From: Monocercomonoides exilis PA203
Lineage: Eukaryota; Protista; Preaxostyla
DNA: 64,000 nt
Direction: 5' to 3'
NCBI GenBank assembly: GCA_001643675.2
Contig: LSRY02000003.1
Span: 1,488,001-1,552,000, forward strand
The notes beneath the pieces are model-generated. The model was not told the origin of the DNA and made no database searches. It saw only the letters and a list, made by a program, of their open reading frames with translations. Positions 51,269 to 61,651 of the stretch are shown piece by piece. The stretch's first letter is position 1. Every line of letters begins with the position of its first letter. The position numbers and the translations under genes are program-made.

Positions 51269-51908
51269 CTCTCCGTTCTCAAGTGATGGAAACAGATGGA
51301 ACAGGGTTTCTTAAAAAGTTGAGTTGAAATGAGAAGATGAAGAAGTTATGCTGATGATGAATGAATAATCGTTCTGGTCTTGCATCAGATGAATTAGATG
51401 AGGAATATGTGAAAAGATCAATTCAGAAATGGAAAAAGCTGCAGTTGCTTTCATCTGCTCATTCCGTTGGATTAAGGCAAAAATCCCACAGAAGCCATGA
51501 GGCATCAGATACTTTCCGCAAAATGTTTGTCATTCCTTTCTCAAAAGATGAAGTCAATTTCGCTCTAACTCCAGACGATAAATATCTTCTCTGGCTTTGT
51601 GTGAGTTTTCTTGCCTGCCTTCATTTCCCTTTCTCACATAAAACACATTTTCATCTTCATAACAAAATATTCTTGCTCAAACAAGAATCTTCGTTTCTTC
51701 TTCATTTTTCTCTTTATCTCTCACACTGATGCAGAATGCGAAGAAATACAATTTGATGAAGCAAATTTTGATGATGAAGCAGAAGAAGTTGTATAATATG
51801 TTGTTGATATGTTTGCAGGAGAAGGAGAAAAAGAAGGTCATTGAATGAGGTTATTGAAGGCATAGAATTGTGAATGCAAATAATTACAAATAAAAACAGT
51901 GAGTCTCG

Positions 51909-53174
51909 TTGAAATTTCTATTTTTTTCTCCTCTTTTATTATTGCGTATTCTTCTGACAAACAAAATCCTCCAAATATTTTTCGCATTCAATTCAACCAT
52001 TTTCATTCACACCCACAACCCCATCGATGGTGCCATTCTCCCCAACCTCAACAGCCCATCCACCTCTCTCTCTGCCTTCAACACCTCTTTTCTTCACCAA
52101 ACACGCTCTTCATCAAATGCTGCAAAGGCGTATATTGGAACTAAAACTGATAGAAAAACACCTGGAAGACTGGATTCCTTTGATGTTAACAGTCATCGCT
52201 TTGAATGGTGCGAATGGAATGATTCAACTGGTGGATCTTCTGCAGGAGGTGCACTTTGTGTTTCTTGTACAAATGCAAATCTCACAATCACTTCTTGCTC
52301 ATTTAACAATTGCTATTGCACAGGAAATGGTGAAGGAGGCGCATTATACTGCATATATTTGTTAAAAGTCAATTTTTCAAAATCCAACTTTTTGAACTGC
52401 CAGGCGAGACACGGAGGGGCTGTTTATGTAGGGTATCCTCAATCCAATTCTGTTTGGACATTCTCAGAAAACAGAGTGGAAAGTTGCTCAATAACAGATT
52501 GGTGTGGAACTGGTTGGTACTTTTCCCTCTATTACATGCCCTCAGATGCTCAATTCCTGTTTTCCAAATGCAAGTGCATCTCAAATTCTGGAAAAGATTC
52601 TGCTGGTTCTTTAACATTTTATAATCCTCCACAAAATAAACCAAGTCAATTTTCAATCAATGAGTGCCAGTTCATTAATAACAAATTGACTGCTTCTTCG
52701 ACATATGGAGGTGCTGCAATGTGTTTTTATCCTCCTTTTTCATGGATGGATGGAGTAAAATTCATCACATTCTGCTTCTTCGATGGCAACACTGCAACTA
52801 ATGGAAGGGGAAACGATGTGTTCTTCAGTGGCAATGCCATATCTCAATCTCCTTTCCAGCATTGTGGATCAACAACTTTAACAAAAAGAGTATGGAATAA
52901 TGGAGAAGCAGACAATGAAACTTTCAATGGCTGGCTCCCCCTCATCGCCCAGAACAAAATCGTTGCAAATGGTGGAACTGATGCTGATGCCTGTGGCAGA
53001 CCCCAACAAACCCCATGTGCTACCATCGAGTATGCCCTCACTGGCTTCATTTCCCTCCTCCAAGACGCCTCCCTCACCCTCCTCACCTCAACATTTGTTC
53101 CAACTCAAACACTCACCTTCAGCGCGGTTTACACAAAAATCAATGGAAATGGTAACTTTTTTCTGATTTCGTGA
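51909..53174 (+). pseudogene. Mosaic cassette type G (421-aa open frame, TTG start)
   Basis: Core essentially identical to type E, N-terminal loop from type A, leader like type B. Confidence 0.75.
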
Positions 53175-54720
53175 GAATTTCTTCCATTTAGTAATTTTGA
53201 GCATTTTCCATTTCACAGAAAAATCCTTAAGCTTTCATCTTCTTTTCATCAGAAGTTTATTTTTTTTCAATCAATCTTTAATCTCCGCTCATATAAAAAC
53301 ATTTCTTCGTCATTTCTTCATCTATTTTCTTTTCTTCATCAAATGAAAATAAAGCTCATTGTTAAAAGCAATTTTCCATTTTCGTTTCTTCGATCATATC
53401 AGAAAGTTCTTCAAAAACATTTATTTCCTCGACTTTCTTATTCCAACTTGTTCTTATCCAATTAGAGCAAGAATCTCATACAATTTTTCTCCAAATATGC
53501 CTTTTCCTCTCAATTCCTTTTCTTCCTCATTTCATTTTCAATAATCTGTTGTGGTTTTGAAGTTGTGAAATCTGCCGAAGGCTATTTTGAAACCCATCCA
53601 TTTCATAAAAGAATTGTTTCAAAGCTCTTTCTGTTTTCAGCTCATGCTTCAGCTTCCAAATGAAAAAGGCGAAATCGTCCTCCTTTTCTGATTGTGTTCC
53701 TCCTTTTCTGCTTTTCTCCATTCAAAATCACCTCTATTGCTATTTAATTTCAGCTGATGTTTCATCCCAGAACAAATGTTTGCCTTGGCTTTCTGAATAG
53801 TAAATTGATGGCAATGTTTGACTTCGAATTCCACGGGAGATGCATCTGAAGAAAATTGTAACATTTTTGTTGCTCATTGAAGAAGGCGTTGAAGAAGAAC
53901 TTAACAAGAATGAAAAAACTGATATTGGCCCAAATCGACTTTTTGTCACAAATAACTTGAATGGAAATACAAATCATCCAGCTATTGATATGTTGAGAGG
54001 AGGAAATGCAAATGAAACAATTTTTGGCTCATGTGGTATTTCTGCTGACAGAAAATGCATAATATTTCCGAATGAGGATGCTCTGCCCCAATGTCAAGCG
54101 AGAGGGAGCGGCAAAATAGTCAAAGATCGACGAATAAGACGAAGAAGATAGTAAAAAAGGAAAATAAAAATGGAAATAATGAAATCCATGAAGAACCATA
54201 TGATTTTTCCGATGAAGAATATGAGAAGGTTCCATATGACGTTGCAGACTGAATATTATATCTTACTTAACAAGTTGACTTCACAAGGAGATAATAATCC
54301 AAATTGCAATATTTATGACAGATACTTTCAAGCCAATCAATAGAATTACATTCCCTCAAAGTCAATTGACTCCCTTTTTGCAAGATCCCTGCCTTTCCCT
54401 TCGCTAACAGAAAATGATGCTGTTCTGTCAGCGCTAAAAGTTCAAATTAATCAAATGCCTAATGATGATATCAGCAAAGAAGGCGAAGAATACGAAGAAG
54501 AATACGAAGGCGAAGAAGATGCAAAAGTCGTAGAAGAAGCCGTGTGATATCATAACTCAAAATAAGAAGAAGACAATGAAGACGATGAATTAGTAGAATG
54601 AGTTGATCGAAGATTGAGAATTGTGAAGATAAATGAAAACAAATAACAAAGGAGATGTTCGAAGAAATCGTTAATTTCCTGTTTTTCAACACTGAGTTCT
54701 TCTGACAAATAAAATCCTCC

Positions 54721-55677
54721 AACTCATCCCTCTCAATCCACTCAACCCTCTTCCTCCACGCCCACAACTCCATCGATGGCGCCATCCTCCCCGACCTCAA
54801 CAGCCCATCCACTTCTCTCTCTACCTTCAATGTTTCTTTTCTCAGCCAAACACGCTCTTTATCAAACGCTGCTGTGAAATATAACGGATCCGAAAATCAA
54901 AAAGCGAAACCTGGAAGATTGTCCTTTACTGATTTGAATAGCTATCTCTTTGAATGGTGTGAATGGAACGATTCAACTGGTGGATCAAGTTATGGTGGTG
55001 CACTTTATGTTAGTTGTACAAATGCAAATCTCACAATCACTTCCTGCTCTTTTGAAAATTGCTCAACAAGTGATCATGCCGGAGCGTTATATTGTGAATT
55101 GTTGTTAAATGTGAACATCGCAAAATCCAATTTCACAAGTTGTACAGCTGCCCATGGAGGGGCAAATTGCATAGCTTGGCCACAGTCATCCTCTGTTTGG
55201 TCATTCTCAGAAAACAGAGTGGAAAGTTGTTCAATCACAAATTGGTGCGGAACTGGTTGGAATTTTGGACTAAATAATAATCAGTTAAATTTTCAATTCC
55301 TGTTTTCCAAATGCAAGTGCATTTCAAACTCAGATGGTGATGCTGCGGGATCATTAACATTTTATTGGCCTCCACAAAATAAACCAAATCAATTTTTAGT
55401 TAATGATTGCCATTTCATAAACAACAAATTGACAAGTTCATCAACTTCCTATGGTGGCGCTGCGCTGTGTTGCACAGCAACTTATTCCTGGATGAGCGGG
55501 TTTAAATTCATCACATTCTGCTTCTTCGATGGAAACACCGCCAAAAATGGCAGAGGAAACGATGTTTTCTTCAGTGGCAATGCCATATCTCAATCTCCAT
55601 TTGAGAATTGTGGTTCAACAACCCCAACAAAAAGAGTGTATAATAATGGACAATCTGAAAACGCTGAAAAAAAATGA
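54721..55677 (+). pseudogene. Mosaic cassette type H (5'- and 3'-truncated)
   Basis: Frame open from 54706 after a TGA. The 267-aa ORF combines segments of types B, C, D and E. Confidence 0.75.
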
Positions 55678-55689
55678 CCGATTCTAGCT

Positions 55690-58150
55690 TTTCTTTCCAA
55701 ATTCTCCAATGAAATGCTTTTCCTGCTTCCATCTCTTATTTTTTCTTTCTCTATCATCTCCTCTCCTCTCATTCCTTCTTTGACTCATTTATTCAAAACT
55801 TTTGATTTCTTCTGCATTTCGTCATTTACCCCTATTTGTTATTTCTTCATTCAAATTTATCCTCTGTTTATCCAAATACATTTCTTTGTGTAAATTCCTG
55901 TTTCTTCTCTTCTCAAATCAAATTTCCTTCTCAAACTACATTTCCAAATATCTTCTTCTTTTCATTCAAAAAAAAAAATCTCTTCAATTCTCTCAATCAT
56001 ATTTCCATTCATCATGCTCTCTAAACTCTCCTAACTATCTTCATTCTCATCATTCTATTTATTTTCTTTTCTATTTTCTTTTCTATTTTCTTCTCGTTTC
56101 TGTTCCTGTTTCATTTCTTCAAAAATATCTTTCTTCATTTCTCTAACAATCTCTTGTGAAGACGCAAAATATGAAGAAATTCAATCAAATGGCGTGAATG
56201 AAGAAAAAGAAGAAGAAGAAGAAGAAGAAGAAGGAGAAGGAGAAGGAGAAGAAGGAGAAGAAAAAGAAGAAGAAGAAGAAGAAGAAGAAGAAGAAGAAGA
56301 AGAAGAAGAAGAAGAAGAAGAAGAAGAAGAAGAAGAAGAAGAAGAAGAAGAAGAAGAAGAAGAAGAAGAAATTGTGCGATATGAAATGACATCTATACAT
56401 TGGAAGAAGAAGATGATGATGCAGGAATTGCACAAGATGATCGGCTGCTGAAAAATGTGAAGGCGAATGCTAATAAATAAAAACAAAAATTTTCGCAGAA
56501 TTAATCTTTTCCTTCTTTCTTCTTCCGTTTTTGTATCTTTTCCTGCATATAAGATCCTCCAAATCCATCAAACATTCAGCTCTATCATCCCCCTCGCCAA
56601 CAAAAAATTGGAAAGCTATGTAAATCCCTTTTTCATTCCGTCTCTTCTTCTTTAACATCCCCTCTTTCTCAAAAAAATCTTCTTTCCTCAAAAATAATTC
56701 TTCGCCAAAGGTTAATGCCAGGCATCTTCGAAATATCTTGAATTTCATCAATCTTCATTTCATTTTTCTTCCTTGCTTTTCTTTTTATTCTTCAAAGCCA
56801 TATAATCCCTCGTTCTTTCAACATCCTGAACAAAAAAATAAATAATCACTTCAAAAAAATAATAATAACAGCAAACCTTCAGAACCTATTTTTAAAGGCA
56901 ATTTTCTGTTTTTTATCCCATTGGCAACTATTTTCTTCAATTCAATTTCATTATTCCTTCCTTTTTCAAGTGTTTCATCATCTGATTCGCAAATCATCCT
57001 TTCCATCAGTTGTTTCTCCATCAAATGCATCGATTTCTTGCTCTTCTGAAAAATGTGAGATTTATGTATTTAACTCAAATTCCATCTTTCTCATTGAAAA
57101 ATATCCTTGTTTTTCGTCTGAAAATATCATCTCCAATTCCCTTCCCAATCCCTTCACCCTGGGCACTTTCCATATGAATTCGCTCTCCCAACTCGGTGGT
57201 CACCCTGCACAACGAGATATCCCGCTTTAGTTCATTTTCATTCTTTTCCGCCTCCTGCCCTGAAAACAACACAAAAACAATCAACAGATAAATATTCATA
57301 TATAGAAAAATTAATAAATACCAAACTGCGCATCGATTGCATTTTGTTAAACACACTCATTTCCACAGCCATCATCATTCAAAAAATAAATCAATCTCTT
57401 TATTTCAGTCTCAGAATGGTTGAATACAGCATGGAATGCATCTCCTCAAAATACATTGTATGTCTCACTGGAGGGTCTTTTCAGTTCGAGCACATCGTGG
57501 TGGATGTCCAAAGGGGTTTTTTCTGTTTTTGGCATGATCATCTCCTTTAATAATATTCTCAACGATACAAAACAGTATTTGAGGTTTATCTCATCAACAC
57601 CAGGCACATGAGGGATATGGGGCAGAGAAGAGATGGAAGAATATTTTTTGTGGCAGGGGGTGGGAGTTGAGTGGTTTTTGGAATGTTAATATTTCAAGAG
57701 GGGTTTTTGAATGAAAGAAATTCTGAGACAAAGGGGTGGGGAAGAGTGGGTGGGGATTTTGAGAAGATAATATAGTAAATATGTAGAGAAGTGGCTGAGG
57801 ATGGTGAGGAAGATATTTGAGACAAATTGGAGAAATGGAATTTGGAAGAGAAGGAAAAGAGGGTAAAAGCTTGAAAGAAGAGGAAAATTGAGAAATGTTG
57901 AAAGGCTTGAAAGAGGAGCGCTTTTATGAGAGAAGAAAGGAGGTGAGAAGATATTTTGGAAGAGACTGTGAAAGGTGAAGAAAATGAATGGATTGATATT
58001 TTCTGAGAATATTGAGGGCTGAACGGAAGAGGAAAATAACAAAGAAAAAAAAGAAAGAACTGAGAGATATTTTCATTTTCTATTTCCGAGGGGAAAGGAA
58101 GGGAAATTGCCCAAAGGAATCAATGATTTTTGGAAAACCAACATTGTTGA
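55690..58150 (-). pseudogene. Diverged paralogue of the degenerate gene/repeat at ~1-2400 and 18900-21337
   Basis: Collinear similarity (ILQIHQTFSSIIP; IRKSSFPSVVSPSNASIS; MVEYSMECI frames). Confidence 0.5.
56200..56370 (+). repeat. (GAA)n microsatellite; pure 35 units at 56266-56370
   Basis: Direct inspection. Confidence 0.97.
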
Positions 58151-59294
58151 TTTACAAAAATCTATTGCAATAGATTTTGCGATGAGGGTTTTCATATTCC
58201 TCTTGAAGGCAACTTATCAAATACAATGTTTTATCTCATCGGCAACATCATATAAATCACTCTAACATATTTCCACGGAAAAATCATTGAAGTTTTTGAG
58301 ATTTCTCCATCTCCACATGCATATTCTGCTTCTTCTTCTTCTCACTTCGTATCGGATGCTCGTATGTCGAGTGCATTTATACAGCTCAATTCGGCAGAGT
58401 CGCTGAATTGAATAAAAAATTATTTCATTTACTTCCCTTCATCTCTTCAATCAATCACTGAACTAGTCTTCATTTTTCATTCACAATTTTGATGATGAAA
58501 AAAGGTAATTTGAACGAATTGATTTCATTTCATTAAAATCGTCTTCTTTTTCACCAGCCTTCTTCGACGAACAACAAAAAATTGTCATTTCCATTTCATT
58601 CAAATTCTCATCGAATTCAGGGCCAAGCGTCATCTTTTATTTTCTTTTCGGAAGCACAAAAGGATTATTTATTCTATCGCAGAATATCAGCTGAAATTGT
58701 ATGTCAACGGAAGTGATTTAATATCAAACCAAGAAAAGCCGATCATCGGGTGCACAATCCATGAAGGTTGCCTCTGCATAATTCATTTTGAGATTGAAAG
58801 AATTCACAGAAAACAAAAGGAGCAGGGCAGAAGACGTTATTTGGAACGAACGATTATGTGGATGATCTTCGAGAGGTTGCATTATTACATGCGCCTTCAA
58901 TATATCGCAGAAGATGAAACAAAGAGAGAAAGCGGTTGTTTCAGGAAGATCAATAATCGAAGGATAATTCTATGAAATAAGTGCGTCTGCAGCGCTCAAA
59001 AAGGGAGAAATGGGAGTGATAAAAGAAACAGATATTTTTGAAGAGATTGTTGCTATGCTTGAAGAAATGTATTTTGAAGATACGACAGCAATGAATCTTT
59101 TTTCATGAGCTTAATTTGTAGTTGATGGAGAAGAAAAATTAGATGAGGTAATGACGAAGAAATATTTTTGTCTTGTTGATGTTATGGATTTCTGAAAAAA
59201 ATAATGATGATATATACTCCAATTGAAAAAGCTATGATAGCTTATGAATTTTTCTATGATATGGAAAATGGTGAAAATAAGAAAATGGAAGGAA

Positions 59295-61382
59295 TCATAA
59301 AGAAATCAGAAAAAAGTCATTATTTCCTGTTGTTTTTGTGTAAACCGCGCTGAAGGTGAGTGTTTGAGTTGGAACAAATATTGAGGAAAGGAGGGTGAGA
59401 GAGGCGTCTTGGAGGAGGGAAATGAAGCCAGTGAGGGCATACTCGATGGTAGCACATGGGGTTTGTTGGGGTCTGCCACAGGCATCAGCATCAGTTCCGC
59501 TGTTAGAAACGATTTTGTTCTGAGCAATGAGAGGGAGCCAGCCATTATACACTGCATTGTCAGCCGTTCCTTGATTCCACACTCTTTGTGTTGGAGTTGT
59601 TGAGCCACAATTCTCAAACGGAGATTGAGTGATTGCATTGCCACTGAAGAACACATCGTTTCCTCTGCCATTTGTGGCAGTGTTTCCATCGAAGAAACAG
59701 AATGTGATGAATTTGAACCCGCTCATCCAGGAATAAGTTGAAAGAAAATAAATGGCAGCACCTCCATATGTCGAAGAAGCAGTTAATTTATTGTTTATGA
59801 ATTGGCAATCATTAACAAAAAATTGATTTGGCTTATTTACAGGAGGATTTGAAAATGTTAGAGAACCAGCAGAATTACCACCAGAATTTGCAATGCACTT
59901 GCATTTGGAAAATAGAAATTGAAAATTTGTATAATCATTTCCTAGAGCAAAATACCAACCAGTTCCGCACCAGTTTGTTATTGAACAACTTTCCACTCTG
60001 TTTTCTGAGAATGTCCAAACAGAATTTGATCGTGGACTTGTAGCATGGACTGCTCCTCCATGGGCAGCTGTACAGCTTGTGAAATTGGATTTTGTGATAT
60101 CAATTTTTAACAAACTATTGCAATATAACGCTCCGGCATGATCGCTTGCCGAACATTTGTTGAACGAACAAGAAGTGATTGTGAGGTTTGCATTTGCACA
60201 ATAAACATAAAGCGCTCCTCCATGGACAGCTCCACCAGTTGTATCTTTCCATTCGCACCATTCAAATTTGTGGCTGTTCAGATCAAAAGAATCCAGTCTT
60301 CCAGGTTTCGCTCTTTGAGATTCAGTTCCAACATGTACAACAGCAGCATTTGGTGAAGATCGTGTTTGGTGAAGAAAAGAGGCATTGAATGCAGAGAGAG
60401 AAGTGGATGGGCTGTTGAGGTTGGGGAGGACAGCACCATCGATGGGGTTGTGGGTGTGGATAAAGATGGTTGAGTGGATGGAAAGAGATGAGCGAAGGGA
60501 GAAGGAGGGGATTGAATTGGTGTTGGTATTGGTGTTTGTGGAAGAGAGGGAAGAGGAAGAGGTGGTTGAGGTGAATGGATTGAGTGAGTGTGAGGGAAGG
60601 GATGGAAGTGATAGAGGGGATTGGGGAGATGAGATGTTGGAGAAGAGGGTGTTTGAGAGATGGAGATTGAGGTGGATTTGGAGGTGAGGATGGGATTGGT
60701 GATGGATATGGAGAGGGGAAGGGAAAGAGGAAATAGAAGGGGAAAGGGAAGGGGAAGAGGAAGAAAAAGAAGAGGATGAGGATGAGGATGAGGAAGATGA
60801 AGGAGAAGGGGAAAGGGAAGGGGAAGGAGAAGGGGATGGGGAAGAGAGGGAAGAAGGAGAAAAAAGGAAGGGCTGGACGAGGGAGACGAATGAGGAGAAA
60901 GAGGAGTGAGAGATGGAGAAGGAGGCAGGGATTGGGGAGTGGGCATGTGGGAGGAGATTGTTTGGGGTGGAGAAGAGGGGGAAGGAGAAGATGGCTGGTT
61001 GGTGGGTGGTGAGGGAGAAGTTTGTGAGGGCGATGGAGGCATGGGCAGAGAGGAAGAGGGGGCAGTGGTGGTGGTGGTGGCTGTTGGTGAGGGAAGGTGG
61101 GTGGATGGTGCAAGTGGAGGAGCAGATGGAGGCAGTTGAGTGGTGTTGGGCAGTGAGGAGTGGGCAACCAGCGAGGGGGATGATGTTGAGATGGGTCACA
61201 CACAAGGAGGTGTTGATGAGGGCGAAGCTTGTCTGAGCACCACAGATGTGATTTCCCGATGCATGCTCCACCTTGTCTGGGCGAGCGCCTCTGATGATGC
61301 TGTTTGCGATGTTCTCTCCACGAACCAGATTTATGGTGAGGAATGCAGCGAGTATTTGAGCTGATACTGTGATCCTAATCAT
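59295..61382 (-). CDS. N-terminally complete family member type A2: signal peptide, Ser/Pro/His linker, mosaic variable domain
   Basis: ATG at 61382 gives MIRITVSAQILAAFLTINLVRG. Intact ORF next to the P3 centre. The N-half is close to type A and the C-half differs in its loops. Confidence 0.85.
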   Translation of the reverse strand: MIRITVSAQILAAFLTINLVRGENIANSIIRGARPDKVEHASGNHICGAQTSFALINTSLCVTHLNIIPLAGCPLLTAQHHSTASICSSTCTIHPPSLTNSHHHHHCPLFLSAHASIALTNFSLTTHQPAIFSFPLFSTPNNLLPHAHSPIPASFSISHSSFSSFVSLVQPFLFSPSSLSSPSPSPSPSLSPSPSSSSSSSSSSSFSSSSPSLSPSISSFPSPLHIHHQSHPHLQIHLNLHLSNTLFSNISSPQSPLSLPSLPSHSLNPFTSTTSSSSLSSTNTNTNTNSIPSFSLRSSLSIHSTIFIHTHNPIDGAVLPNLNSPSTSLSAFNASFLHQTRSSPNAAVVHVGTESQRAKPGRLDSFDLNSHKFEWCEWKDTTGGAVHGGALYVYCANANLTITSCSFNKCSASDHAGALYCNSLLKIDITKSNFTSCTAAHGGAVHATSPRSNSVWTFSENRVESCSITNWCGTGWYFALGNDYTNFQFLFSKCKCIANSGGNSAGSLTFSNPPVNKPNQFFVNDCQFINNKLTASSTYGGAAIYFLSTYSWMSGFKFITFCFFDGNTATNGRGNDVFFSGNAITQSPFENCGSTTPTQRVWNQGTADNAVYNGWLPLIAQNKIVSNSGTDADACGRPQQTPCATIEYALTGFISLLQDASLTLLSSIFVPTQTLTFSAVYTKTTGNNDFFLISL

Positions 61383-61651
61383 TTTCAAACTGTGATGCAA
61401 TTTGATTGGAATGAATATGGATGAAGGCTTAATTGGTGGAAAGGGGAGAGATGCAACGTGAAGCGAAAATCGAAGAGGAAATCTTATGAATCGTTGATAA
61501 TATTGTTAAATTGCTTGCTTTTGTGCATGTGGATAACAATTTATTTCTTGTTTGCATTCGTTTCTCTCGCGTGCGCTCAATTTTTTATTCGGAAATTAAA
61601 TAGATTTTTTTTGAAACAATTATTTTTCGGCTGAAGAATTCATTTTGATGA

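Larger units (their letters stand above)
22602..51627. repeat. Giant palindrome P2: left arm 22602-37102, spacer 37103-37385, right arm 37386-51627
   Basis: Mirror ORFs with sums ~74222-74229 (23379+50850; 34302+39923; 36272+37957). Inner stem 36890-37102 / 37386-37598. Confidence 0.97.

Noticed and set aside
56135-56486. Poly-E/K/F/L/S ORFs
   Set aside because: By-products of the GAA microsatellite.
3605-61382. Diversity-generating retroelement
   Set aside because: No reverse transcriptase or template/variable repeat pair. Differences are block swaps, not adenine-specific changes.
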